From Octopus bimaculoides (taxonomy: Eukaryota): a DNA stretch of 64,000 nt. The DNA lies in NCBI RefSeq assembly GCF_001194135.2, contig NC_068991.1, positions 23,978,057-24,042,056 on the forward strand. The letters run 5' to 3'. The notes below the pieces were generated by a model. The model made no database searches, had not been told where the DNA came from, and saw nothing but the letters and a program-made list of their open reading frames with translations. Position numbers and translations under genes: made by a program. Shown here piece after piece: positions 48,183 through 61,929 of the stretch (the first letter of the stretch is position 1; each line of letters begins with the position of its first letter).

Positions 48183-49452
48183 CGTGAGAGAGTTAGGGGT
48201 TGGGGATTCCCGAGCGTCAAACTAATACATCCTTTTGTTGTCTACACCACCTGTCCTCGTCTGTTGTTGTTTTTTTCGTACNNNNNNNNNNNNNNNNNNN
48301 NNNNNNNNNNNNNNNNNNNNNNNNNNNNNNNNNNNNNNNNNNNNNNNNNNNNNNNNNNNNNTATCTAACTGTCATACTATTGATTATATATTTTTAAACA
48401 CTAATTTCATTACTTTACCTCATTATTTTCCCATTCCGGTTAATATTCACCGTATTTTAATTACTTTATAAAGCTCAGAATCCTCCGATCTACCATACCA
48501 ATTTCTATTGCTCTTACTGTCTTCCTCTCTCTAATCCTAGTTTTTACTCTCATTTTATTTCTCTTTTTGTTGATATTACTCTCTATATTTCATAAACACA
48601 ATATCTGCAAACTTCTGTCTGATTATGTTTAACTTTCTCTTTTCCTCTCTCTCTATTATTAATACTTCTAGGTTATTAATGAGAAAATATCTGACTCTCT
48701 TCATTTCCACTACCACTAGTCACTGTTTCCTTTTTAATATCTCACGAAATCACCTTTCCTCCCCTCCATAGAAAATAGTTTTTATTAATTATTGTCTTCT
48801 ATGCATTAATATTTCGAAGATGGCTTTTTGTATGTGTATACTAGAATTGAAAAGGTGGATGTAACCATAATACTCTATGATTCTGAAGAGATAGCCTTCT
48901 GTACCTACATTAGCTTGTAAAATGTACAATGGTACTACGCAATTTGTAACATATATACTAGTGCAGTCATGTAAAATAATTTATTATACACTAAAGTAAA
49001 TCATCTTTCCATGATGTTGGCTGTGAAAAGACCGCCATCTTATGGATATCAACTGGTGAAAGAAATTTATTCATTTCATATCTCCTGACTTAATATTCTA
49101 TAAAACTCCTTATGAAGTTGATATAAATCTTCATTGTTTGGATTTACTGGATTTCAACTGCACAGGACTCTACATTACACTTTTATGTGTTGGTTTAGTA
49201 TGTGGTTTGTAAGCTGGTCTACTAAAGGAGCATTTTGTGATTATCACCGGGTTAGATAAATCCATATACTGTGCATTAAATACACACACACACATATATG
49301 TAGGTTTTATATTTTCACAATTGGTAGAGAGTTACAAGAATGACTCTAGAGTCTAAAGTTCGTGCATTGCATCTATCAATGCGCGCGCGTGTGTGTGTGT
49401 ATGTGTGTGTGTGCATGTGTACAAATGTATGTATACACACGCGCGCGCACGC

Positions 49453-49493
<41 letters not shown>

Positions 49494-49935
49494 GCTAATG
49501 GAGTAACCCTCGTGTTGAGTAATTATTACATCTGAGGTTCTGCTCGCTAGGAAATATATATAACCTGCTTTTTTTTATTTCTTCCATTCCATCAGTTTGG
49601 ATTTTTATTCACATTCATAGCAACCCTAGATGCTAACCGTAAACTATAAAAAAAATTTCACCTTTTCGAACTTCGATATAGGAGAAACCTACAACCTTCT
49701 ACGCCAATAAACTATTGTTCCTGAAAGTTGTTGTTTAGATCTACCACGGACTGCTCGAATCTTACTAACTTCCTNNNNNNNNNNNNNNNNNNNNNNNNNN
49801 NNNNNNNNNNNNNNNNNNNNNNNNNNNNNNNNNNNNNNNNNNNNNNNNNNNNNNNNNNNNNNNNNNNNNNNNNNNNNNNNNNNNNNNNNNNNNNNNNNNN
49901 NNNNNNNNNNNNNNNNNNNNNNNNNNNNNNNNNNN

Positions 49936-49991
<56 letters not shown>

Positions 49992-51327
49992 CACACAATG
50001 CAATATCGGCTTGAAACAGTTCAGTTTTCCAACAGTAGAGCAGATGACGAACAATTTTCCTTTACATATTGAAACGGAACTTCTAAAAAAATTTCGTATT
50101 TTTAAAAACTTCATCGTATTTAATTCCTAGATGCTTATCTAATTGTGTATCATGTTATTATGAAACCAATTGGACTTTCAGTCATGTATCATATTTATGA
50201 AATTTATTGAACCCTTGAATTTTTTATCATTTGCTATTACTGAAATTTATTGAATATTTGAATATTCTTATTGGAATTTTTTAACATGTCTTACCGCTTT
50301 GGAATTTTCTCTTCAGCATTTATGTTCTTTTAAACTTTTATCTTGTTTCTTTTTTCTTGCAATGGAAAGGGAGAAAACAAGAAAGGAAAGATTGTTGCAA
50401 TTGCTGTGGTATTTTGTAAATTTGTAAAAAAAATTTGAAACCAATTTGTGTTAAGACTCAGGTACATTTTCAACGTCAAAACTAATTCTCTACTATTCCT
50501 GCTTGAGTGGAAGTAAATATCTTTTTCCTATAGAATATATATATATATTTATTGTTCTTACCCTGTCTTCCTCTCTCTAATCCTAGTTTATATATATATA
50601 TATATATATNNNNNNNNNNNNNNNNNNNNNNNNNNNNNNNNNNNNNNNNNNNNNNNNNNNNNNNNNNNNNNNNNNNNNNNNNNNNNNNNNNNNNNNNNNN
50701 NNNNNNNNNNNNNNNNNNNNNNNNNNNNNNNNNNNNNNNNNNNNNNNNNNNNNNNNNNNNNNNNNNNNNNNNNNNNNNNNNNNNNNNNNNNNNNNNNNNN
50801 NNNNNNNNNNNNNNNNNNNNNNNNNNNNNNNNNNNNNNNNNNNNNNNNNNNNNNNNNNNNNNNNNNNNNNNNNNNNNNNNNNNNNNNNNNNNNNNNNNNN
50901 NNNNNNNNNNNNNNNNNNNNNNNNNNNNNNNNNNNNNNNNNNNNNNNNNNNNNNNNNNNNNNNNNNNNNNNNNNNNNNNNNNNNNNNNNNNNNNNNNNNN
51001 NNNNNNNNNNNNNNNNNNNNNNNNNNNNNNNNNNNNNNNNNNNNNNNNNNNNNNNNNNNNNNNNNNNNNNNNNNNNNNNNNNNNNNNNNNNNNNNNNNNN
51101 NNNNNNNNNNNNNNNNNNNNNNNNNNNNNNNNNNNNNNNNNNNNNNNNNNNNNNNNNNNNNNNNNNNNNNNNNNNNNNNNNNNNNNNNNNNNNNNNNNNN
51201 NNNNNNNNNNNNNNNNNNNNNNNNNNNNNNNNNNNNNNNNNNNNNNNNNNNNNNNNNNNNNNNNNNNNNNNNNNNNNNNNNNNNNNNNNNNNNNNNNNNN
51301 NNNNNNNNNNNNNNNTATATATATATT

Positions 51328-52454
51328 CTGCGCATTAAGTTTGTTTCAGACTCAGGAAGCTTTCCGTTTGAATGGGCAAGACGGCAATTTCCTGTTCGTA
51401 TAGCCTTTGCATCGACTGTCAACAAGTCTCAGGGTCAAACTCTGTCAAAAGTTGCAGTCTGGCTGCGCAACCCAGTATTTACCCATGGTCAGCTTTATGT
51501 GGCCTGCTCAAGAACACGCAATCCTACTGCGCTGAAGATTGCTATGAAGCAGCAAGAAGGACAACTGCCAGAACACACTGACAATGTCGTGTTTAGGGAT
51601 GTTCTAATTCCTAATTAGACTTTTTCCTTAAACACATAAATATAATTTAATATTATTGTATTGTAAATAAAAGGATTTTCAATGTACATATTCAACATAG
51701 TAAAATTTATGAGAGGTTATAATGCGTTTGTTATTATAAACCATACTTCATAGTAAATGTATGGTATCAGTAATCAAATTACTCCTAACGGTTATCATAT
51801 CAAATTACTCCTAACGGTTCGTGATCTCATACGTCTATTCACAAATATTACAATTAATAAACACGAAATGATTTAAAAGACTGAAAAATCATACTCTCGA
51901 ACTAAGATTTAATGGAGCAAAAGGTTCCAAGAAGTAGTTTTGAGGACCGATAGTTCAAGGTTTTTTTTTTAACCTGAATATCCTACAAAATTCCCAAAAG
52001 CCCTCCTTAGGAGCTAGCCTGAATGCCGCCTGAAGGGCGGCTTCAAGGCTAGAAACTTATCTCTAAGTCTTATAGAAAGCTGTCAGTCAAACTAGAAACT
52101 AGCTGTATGTCTATCGGTAAAGTTGGCAGAAAGCTGCCCAAGGGTTGATACACCTGTACACTGTAATAGAAATAGAATTCACGTTACATTTTGAATGAAC
52201 AAGTTAATGGACATGGGGTTTAGGTATGGGTGCAAGTGAAGCATAGGTATTGAGTGTGTGGGTATGAGTGTGTGCATATATATCGGGTAGGGAGTTTGAA
52301 ATGGGGTATCGGATAGTTAATAACAGGAGATACATATACAATGAATGTGTCCGAGTCCATTACATTACACGAGGGTAGAGGGCCGCAAAGGCTTCAAAGG
52401 CACTCTCCGCAGGAATTAGCCCGAATGCCGCCCGAAGGTCGGCTTCAAGGCTAG
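51328..52454 (+). mobile_element. Helitron 3' portion: PIF1-like helicase C-terminus (51328-51618) and 3' termini
   Basis: Open frame FPFEWARRQFPVRIAFASTVNKSQGQTLSKVAVWLRNPVFTHGQLYVACSR...NVVFRDVL*; hairpin + CTAG at 52025-52052 and 52427-52454. Confidence 0.9.
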
Positions 52455-52873
52455 TAATTTATAATTCTCACTTCACCATTTTCGGAATCAGTCGATGATT
52501 CATATAGTGTTCTCTATAAGACTTACAAGATGAGTGAAGTTTTTAAACCTCGGCGACAGAGTAATGGGTCACTGATGAAGATTAATGAAATCTGAAATCA
52601 TGCTTGCTGTAGGGAGACAGTCGTTAGAAAAGTACTCTCACGTGGCTAAGAGTTGTTTTGACTCTTATTTCTGGTAATGCTGGTGCTGTCTAGCACCCTC
52701 AGTCACTTTAGTGACAACTATACTTCTGCATTTCGGTTCTAATTTGCGAATAGCCACTTTAATAATTTATAATTCTCACTTCACCATTCTTCGGAAAATA
52801 TTTTCACACGCACAACCATACCAAGATAATAAGAAACCCCGCCAATTTTGAACAAATGAATCCCTCCATATTC

Positions 52874-52904
<31 letters not shown>

Positions 52905-53229
52905 ATATATATATATATATATATATAATGCAAATGATATATGAGCATATGCATGCATACATACTTATATGTACATACGTACATCTACATGTATATATAG
53001 ATGCATATCCGGTACAGGACGTCAAAAAAGGAACGGGAACATGAACAAAGCACAAAAAACGGACTTTTTATGGACTTTTTTTTACGAAATTACCTTACGA
53101 GAAACGTCTTCATTCAAAGAACTCGGAGGCAGTGTTATCTCATAAAGTTAACGCGAAACAGACAGATCCGTCCTCTAATGTCAACATCCAAGCTCTTCAT
53201 GTCTCAATGATGACAAAACAAAATTCACA

Positions 53230-56200
53230 CTGAATCGGCCGTCACCCGGGTCAACATAGGGCCGCGCACCCCAGTAAGGAACCAGAGTGGTGGCGAAAAA
53301 TCAGCTACTGGTTCAAATCTTCCCAAAACACAGGAGCTGGAAGTACTCCACAACCGGAATATTCCAACACGCTCATCATCAAATAATCAAAAGAAAATGA
53401 ATGAAAGATGGTCCAGGGAAGATAATAAAAACGTTCTTAAGACCTTCTATCGAGCAATGTATGTCCCCACAAATAACTCCAATACTGAACAAACCTACCT
53501 AAACTTGTAGTAAGATCCTGCATAGATAGTAACAAGCTTGCCAAGGTCAAAAGAAACATCATAAAAAAGAAATTACTAACTGAATTAGAGATTGACCAGT
53601 TTAAACAATCAGTAAGGAATAAAAGGAGTGAAGATGTAGCTAAAGAAGATACTACTGAAGAAGTAATTACAGACGAACCCAGGTTGATGAAAATGCTGTA
53701 ATAATAGAAAGAGTCAATGTAACTGATAGGCAAAGTGAAATACTTTCTGAACCAGCCATAAATATCAAGGAAGATGAAAATCAAATAGATGACGAAAGTC
53801 ACACAGAAATTGACCCAACGGAACTTGGAAATTTAAAAGATCAAATCGTGACTGAATAGCTGAAAATTAAAGAAACCAGTTTTGATGAACGTGACACTCT
53901 CCCAAAAAATTCGCGACTCCAAAACCTGAAACTGGTAAAATCCGCCTTGCACTAAAAGATATAATTTCAGCTAACGATGTTGATATTACAGATCTCAATC
54001 ATCTGTAGTATGCACCCGCTAAAATCTCAACAATTCTATGTGGTGAAAGATAAGAAAACGACAACATTCCCCAAAAAGCCTATTTGGCAAGAGCGTATCC
54101 AACAATAAAAATTCAGTTACTTAGGTCTGACATAGAATGTTTAAAACACTTTTAAGTCTGACAAGAATATCAAACCAGCAAAAATCCGAAAATTAAAGAA
54201 AAAAAAAATAATATAAAACCCATACCATCCATCGTTACCACTATAGAAGCTATCCAGCAAAAGGTATCTGCTAAAGCTGCTCGCATAGCATGGTATGAAA
54301 AGTGCGCTAGGTTCTTCAAGGACAACATTTTTAAAAGTAACCCGTAAAGATTTTACAGGAAGATAGGTAAAATATCAGTCACGGTAAAGTCTGTCCCATC
54401 AAAAGAAGAAATGCAGGAATTTTGACCGCACAATAAAAAGGTCCTTGGATTGATAGACTCAGCCTCCTTAGAAGAGGAAAAGTGGGAGGGTATCAAGGTA
54501 GAGGATGTAAGATCTACTCTCAGGAAATCAAGCAAATCGACGTCTCCAGGAAAGGATACAATTCCTAACTCCTGGTTGAACGCTTTCCCAGACAGTCATG
54601 AACTGCTGACAAGAACTTTACAACAATGCTTTGTAGCAACTTAATACGATCCCCTCTTGGTTAGTTAATGGTGTTACATTTCTACTTCCTAAGAATGAAG
54701 AAACAAATGAACTAAAAAACTATAGACCCATAACCTGCTTAACAACAATGTATAAAACACTAACATATGTCTTAACTGAATACACTTATAACTTCTTAAT
54801 AGAAAGTGGCATCTTCCCTCATGAGCAAAAAGGATGTAAACGTGGATCCTATAGTTGCAAAGATCAGCTTCTCATCAATGAAATGATTTAGAAAGATTGT
54901 CAAAAACAACACAAGAACATATCAATAGCCTCGATAGACTATTAAAAACCTTGTGATAGTCTACCACATAACTGTATTGAGAAATGTTTGGAAATTTATA
55001 AAATAGCACCTACTCTGCGAAACTTCTTATTTGTAAGTATGAGATCATGGAAAACAACACCGACTTTGAATAATGACAATGAATCTTTAAATGCTGGGAC
55101 GTAAAAATTTCACGTGGAATTTTCCAGGGTGACTCTATCACCATTTCTCTTTTTTCTAGCCTTAATACCTCTCTCGAAATTGCTCGATGATGTACAATAT
55201 GGATATAATATACTTGGTAAAAATATAAATCATCTCTTTTACATGGATGATTTAAAGCTCTTTGCAAAAAAAAAAAAAAATGACCAACAACTACAGGGTT
55301 AACTGGCAATTGTAAAGTAGTTCAGTGATGACATCAGAAATTTTGCCTCGATTTATGTGCAAAAGCTACCTTTATGAGAGGGAAAATGATAGAAACATCC
55401 AACGTTAATTTTGAAGACCAGAATGTTATTAAAGGAATTAGAACCAGCGGAGAGCTATAAAAAAGTTTATTTGAAGGTGATGGAATCAAACATTTAATGA
55501 CGAGGGAAAAAATCAGAAAAGAATGTTATTGCAGGGCAAGGGTAATACTCAAAACAGTGCTGAACGCAAGAATAGAACTGAAGCGATCGATACTTTAGCT
55601 ATATCGGTCATGACTTACAGTTTCAATATTATCAACAGGTCAATTACTGAAATCTGTAATTTTTACAGAAAAATACAAGAATGACAATGAATAGAATGTA
55701 CCACCCTAAGGTAGATATAGAACGACTCTACCTGACAAGAAAATTGGGTGACCGTGGACTTTTACAACTGGAATTAACAATGAAGATTGTCACGATTGGT
55801 CTAAACACTTACCTGAAAAACTCTGATAACTGGATGCTAAAAATTGTCTTAAAGGATGAAAACAAGGAAACGTTATACTCAATAACAAAGCAGGCAAAGA
55901 AATATCTAAGTGAATTCCAAATACAACAAATACCAGAATTAGGCGTACTGGAAACAAGCACAGAAAAGGTTAAGCGTTTGAAAACCCTTGCTAAAACTGC
56001 TGCTTTCGACATTTTTACTGATAAATGACACGAAAAACCTTTCAATAGCAAATACCCAAAAGAGAGCTAATAATTCTGATGTTCACAAAGCCCTTATCTA
56101 TCAATGGTTAGTGTCTTCTAGCTTAAAATCAGAGACAGAAGGGTTTATCATAGCAGCCCCAAATCACTGCCTACATACAAGCTACCAGATCAACATCTTC

Positions 56201-57082
56201 AAGAACGGCAGCCGCCCAACATGACACGTATGGAAACAACAAAATGAAACCATCGATCATGCTGTCTCCATGTGCAGCCTTCTTGCGCCTACAGAGTATC
56301 TCAACAGGCACGATAGAGCAGCACAATATATTCAGTGGGTAATTTGTAAAGACTTTAACCTGCCTCATGATAAAAACTGTTGGGAGCACAAACCACCTCC
56401 AGTGCTTGGAAATGATTAACTCTCACTACTTTGAAACTTTACTGTTCAAACTGACAGAAAGGTGGACGCAAATAGGCCAGACATTATATTGAAGGATTTC
56501 AGACAAAAATCATGCCAACTCATCGATATGACTGTCCAAATCAACATAAATGCATCTGTCAAGACCTACCAAAAACTGAGCAAGTAGAAAGATCTTGAAA
56601 TAGAAATTAGCAAAATGTGGAACCTCAAGACTAAAACAATACCTATTGTCATAGGTGCCCTGGGAATGATAGCAAAAGGGGCTGATTGCTACCTATCTCA
56701 TATACCAGGAAAATCCAAAAATGGAAAAACTGAAAAAAATAGTGCTCATTGGAAATGCTCATATCCTAAGAAAAATATTGTCTGTGTAATCCCAAACACA
56801 TTTTAATCTGTAAACAGTGTCAAAATACTTTTAAATTTACATAATAGCAAACACCTGCTTTCATCTTAACGTCACACTATGATCTTATAATCAAATTACT
56901 TTGAGAACAAACTTCTAATTTTCTTATGTTTTCACAGACATTCTCTAGAACAGTACTTGTGCAAAATCAAAAATATGGCACCCTAGTCATAACACCAACT
57001 TGAAGTTCTAACTTGTCTCTTGAAATCTCTGGATGAGACTTGGAGTCAACAAGTACAAATATAAAACAAAAACCAAACATAT

Positions 57083-57113
<31 letters not shown>
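53230..57113 (+). mobile_element. Near full-length R4/Dong-like RLE LINE, degenerate
   Basis: SPGKDTIPNSWL, KNYRPITCLTTMYK, EQKGCKRGSYSCKDQLLIN, IFQGDSLSP, HLFYMDDLKLFAK, ETEGFIIAA, RHDRAAQY, ANRPDII, IPIVIGALG; (AAC)n tail 57085-57113. Confidence 0.92.
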
Positions 57114-57631
57114 CCAAATATTACATAATATGTATTTTCATATTAGCATGTATTTTACTAATATTGATCGACTAGTTGTTGCTTTATAGCATCTTTGTAG
57201 TTACTAAGAGTTACATACTGCTTGCTTTATCTTTTCATATGCTTGCAGTAAATTGAACAGACTTACTATTAGGTTCTGACAGTTTTAGCTGTTTGCATTT
57301 CAAAGAAACTTTTCCATTTGCTATAAATCATAAATTCAGGTTTGTTATGTTAAATAAATTATAGATATAAAAAAGCTTCGATTGCACATTTAGTGCTCAT
57401 TCAGCACATCTATATAAGATGTTGGAATAATTGATATGTTACGTATGTTACATATATAACATATCGACCATTTATTCCCAAATCCGCCATTATGATGATG
57501 TCTTTTCCAAGCTGTCTACTCTTATTAGTTAAAACTTCTTCGTGGATTTGGAAGAACGAAATGATAATACAATTCTCTGATCGTTCGGTTGATATCGAAT
57601 CTTTTATCAGCAAAGTTTGAACATTTGGATT

Positions 57632-57825
57632 GCGAATACATTTAAGCGGGCGCGATTTCGTTTGAAAAACGCAAATGCGGGTGACCCTATGGTTTTGTAT
57701 TTGCGTTTCGCAAATTGGCAGAATCATCATTATTTTCAGTTATAAACGCAAGACCACGAGGTCAGGCTTTTGCGTCTTTCAGGAATATACTCAAACGAAA
57801 ATCGCGCCTGCTAAAGCGTATTCAC
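57632..57825. other. Fold-back element: ~34-bp inverted arms enclosing two related hairpins (MITE or structured RNA)
   Basis: Arms 57632-57665 and 57791-57825; inner stems 57667-57678/57697-57708 and 57744-57753/57768-57777. Confidence 0.65.
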
Positions 57826-58533
57826 GGGCACAAAGGATTAATGGAACACCAGTTTGTGTTTGGATTTTCTTTTGCAAGCTAAAGCCAATTCTACTTTCGA
57901 CTTTACTTTATCTCAGTTGTGTATCTGAAGTTCTACTTTTCAAAAATGTTTGAGAGATGTAAACAAAGGAAAGATAACCTCAATTAGCATGCCATTAAAA
58001 AATCACTCTGTTCCTTTTGCTTTTTACCTATCGACACGTCTCAACAAGAGCCATCAGCACAATAATTGTCCTACTAATGTTTTTTATGACCCCCCCCCAA
58101 AAAAAAACACTATTTCAAGAATCAGTGTATTCTAGTTGAGTATGAGATTTATTTTTGTAAAGGAAAGATTGAAAGTAACTTCGGAAGTTTTGCTGGTCGT
58201 TGACTTCGACAGACTGACAAAGTGAAATACTAGTGAAATTTCGATGTCAATATCTCGAAAATTGGAACTTCAGACTTCCATTAGCACACACAATAGACAC
58301 ACATTCACGCACACACAATACACACACACACACACACAAACGCACACATGCAACAAACCTAAAAACCACTAAACAAATTTAACTCCACAAAAACAAGATA
58401 TTCAATGATGAACAACTTAGAGCCACGAGGACACAAGATACAACAGCATATCAAACGTATATATCTCACCTTCAGCTGCCTAATGGATATCATTTTGGTT
58501 TCGACACTTGGGCTGCATCGTTCAATGTGGTGG

Positions 58534-58600
<67 letters not shown>

Positions 58601-58611
58601 TTGTGTATATA

Positions 58612-59354
58612 TAAGGTCTGATCAATAAGTAGCCGGACTGTTGTAAGTAACGAAGCTAAAGCACACAGAGTGAAGCCGCTTAGCAAAGATTGACCTTGAC
58701 CTCTGCTGTGCATGTGCACCAGGTTTTAACATTTTAGCTCACTTCCGCTGTTTACAGCAGTGCTTGGGAGGAAGGTGTGTAGTGTGTGATCGTCGCATTG
58801 ACCATGATAGAGGAAGTTGTCATGACGATACCTGCTCAGAGGCCTGCCTAAAGTTGCAGAAAGTGTATACAGAGGAGTGTATGAGTTGCACACGAGTTTA
58901 CAAGTGGTTCAGGCGTTTCCAAGACGACCGAAAAATGTCGATATTGACGAATGTTCTGGGAGACCCGCAACCAGCAGAACTGAAAAGATCATCGCAGATG
59001 TGCGTGCAGCAGTGAGAGGGAAATCGTCGAATTACCATCCGTGAGTTATCAGAGGACGTGCAGATTAGTTGCGGTTTAGTTCAGTCCATTATCACTGAAG
59101 ATTTGGGTATGAGACGCGTGTCTGCCAAATTTGCGCCCAAACTACTTTCAGCTGACCAAAAAGACGCTCGGGTTTCAGTTGCACAAGAACTCCTTGATTG
59201 TGTCGAAAACGATGAAAACGTTTTTAAAACTTTGCGTAGGCCTCTGAGCAGATATCGCCAAGCTGTTGGCAAAATTTGATGCAGCTTCTCTGCTCAACTT
59301 TCTCTGTCATGGTCAATGCGACGATTACACGCTATACACCTTCCTTCCAAGTAC
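58612..59354 (+). mobile_element. Mariner-derived fold-back element
   Basis: Left TIR AAGGTCTGATCAATAAGTAGCCGGACT after TA; N-terminal transposase (VYKWFRRF, MRRVSAKFAPKLLSADQK); 59228-59354 is the inverse of 58760-58857. Confidence 0.85.
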
Positions 59355-59977
59355 GGCAAACATCTTACACCACCCAGCCACTCATGCAGCTCATATATAT
59401 ANNNNNNNNNNNNNNNNNNNNNNNNNNNNNNNNNNNNNNNNNNNNNNNNNNNNNNNNNNNNNNNNNNNNNNNNNNNNNNNNNNNNNNNNNNNNNNNNNNN
59501 NNNNNNNNNNNNNNNNNNNNNNNNNNNNNNNNNNNNNNNNNNNNNNNNNNNNNNNNNNNNNNNNNNNNNNNNNNNNNNNNNNNNNNNNNNNNNNNNNNNN
59601 NNNNNNNNNNNNNNNNNNNNNNNNNNNNNNNNNNNNNNNNNNNNNNNNNNNNNNNNNNNNNNNNNNNNNNNNNNNNNNNNNNNNNNNNNNNNNNNNNNNN
59701 NNNNNNNNNNNNNNNNNNNNNNNNNNNNNNNNNNNNNNNNNNNNNNNNNNNNNNNNNNNNNNNNNNNNNNNNNNNNNNNNNNNNNNNNNNNNNNNNNNNN
59801 NNNNNNNNNNNNNNNNNNNNNNNNNNNNNNNNNNNNNNNNNNNNNNNNNNNNNNNNNNNNNNNNNNNNNNNNNNNNNNNNNNNNNNNNNNNNNNNNNNNN
59901 NNNNNNNNNNNNNNNNNNNNNNNNNNNNNNNNNNNNNNNNNNNNNNNNNNNNNNNNNNNNNNNNNNNNNNNNNNATA

Positions 59978-60835
59978 TATAAAGCAAATAAATAATAAGG
60001 ATGTTCAGTCATTACAGCCGTTTCAAACGGTTCCATTTAATAGATCAATGCAAACATTACATCAAATTGAAATAAACCGCTCTCCTCTGAAGCATACGAC
60101 CATATAGATCTCCAGCATACAAAGTTTTGCTAAGTTTAGATGCACATTTTCCCCATATTCCTAATTCCAACGCTTATATCTCAATGTGATCTCTTTTGTT
60201 TTCCATTTTAAGCCCTTTTTAGTTGATAATCATATGTTAGGCCCCACCATTCTTCCTCTTTCTGGTTATCACCTCGTCTTTTATATCATTATCTTACTAG
60301 CATCTTCAGAAACATATTCTTTTATGTAGGTATGGATGATTTATAGTCATAGTGAATTAGGGGTAAGGAAGAGTACCTAACATTAATTGATTCATCATCA
60401 CCAACAAGAACTTAACCGTCGATTCCCAATGGTTTTAATTCTAAGGGGATGTAGACTGCTTGCTGCATTGGGTCTGTTGAATGTGATAAGGCTAAAAATG
60501 AATGTAGCTATATCACCATTCCTCTTTATTGACCCGTATCATTTCCTTCTGCCACTCTAAATTTAGTAGAACTTAGGTCATTCCTTCCCTAAATTCATTC
60601 TGCTACAATAATAGCAAAAAAACAATGTATTTTAGTCTCTAGTATTGATGAAAAATTTACTAAAAAATTCTAATGGATTATCCTGTATGATGGAAATCTA
60701 TATGGTCGTACGCATCCGAGGAGAGCGGTTTATTTCAAACTGATATAACGTTTGAAATGATCGATTAAATGGAGCCGCTTGAAACGGCCGTAATGCACTA
60801 ATAACTGGACACCCTTGTTACTCATTTGCTTTATA
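59978..60835. mobile_element. Element with ~140-bp imperfect terminal inverted repeats
   Basis: 59978-60121 is the reverse complement of 60684-60835 at an estimated ~85% identity. Confidence 0.8.
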
Positions 60836-60921
60836 TCCACCTAACTTCGAACTGTGCGGACAATACTGGACAGACTTGGTGCCTCAACTTATATACATAA
60901 TTCAACTGAATCTTAATTATT

Positions 60922-60979
<58 letters not shown>

Positions 60980-61375
60980 GTATATGTATATGCATATGTA
61001 TGTATATATATGTAGGTGTCTGTCCAAAACAAGGTAAGGGAGAATGCAAATAGCTCATTACTGTTTCAGTTATATGCGTATGTGTGAGTGTGAGTGCGCG
61101 CGTATATAAAAGGGAGAAAGTAAAAATTTCACGGATAAATCAAAGCTAAGTTATGATTTAACTGTGATATTCATGCTTTTCTGCCTTTTATTCTCAACAT
61201 GCATTGCTCTCAAGGATCGCTTTAGCCAGTTTTGTATGTGCATGCAAGCTTCTTTCAATGGATCTACTTACCACGTTATAACGTGTTGGAGTTTGACGAC
61301 CTGTTATTTATCGAGATCTTCATTACCGTAGATATATTCTTTGATGTCTTGTACATCATTTCTTTACGTATATAC

Positions 61376-61479
<104 letters not shown>

Positions 61480-61929
61480 TCTGCTAAATCGCCAATATCA
61501 AGCTATTAGACTCAGTTGTAACAAGTGTCGATTCTCTTCTTCTTTCCATCTTTTTTGTCTCTTTTCCGTTTTTCATTTATGACATGTTACTTCGGTTTCG
61601 CCCTGTTTCTGTTAATTATTAAACGTGGGCCTTCAAATTCTTTTTGTCGTCATTTGAAATTGACTTATTTTTGTCTTGTTATTGCACTCAGTAAATCCCA
61701 TTGGTTGGTTGTTTGGTTGGGAATATCACCCAGTCTATTGAGTTGTATCGAGATGAGTAGAAGATGGGTTGTAATTTAATAAGCGTCTATCACTAAAGAT
61801 AATTTTGTGGAACATCAACTATAATAACATCATCATCAACGGTGTCAACAAGAACTTCATCAACAACAATATTTATATCAACAGCATCGACAAGGTAGCA
61901 ACAGCAGCAGTCACATCAATATCTACTGA

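Noticed and set aside
50552-51425. Long X-filled ORFs here and at the other gaps (for example 16585, 23014, 39925, 59266)
   Set aside because: Artefacts of N runs, which contain no stop codons.
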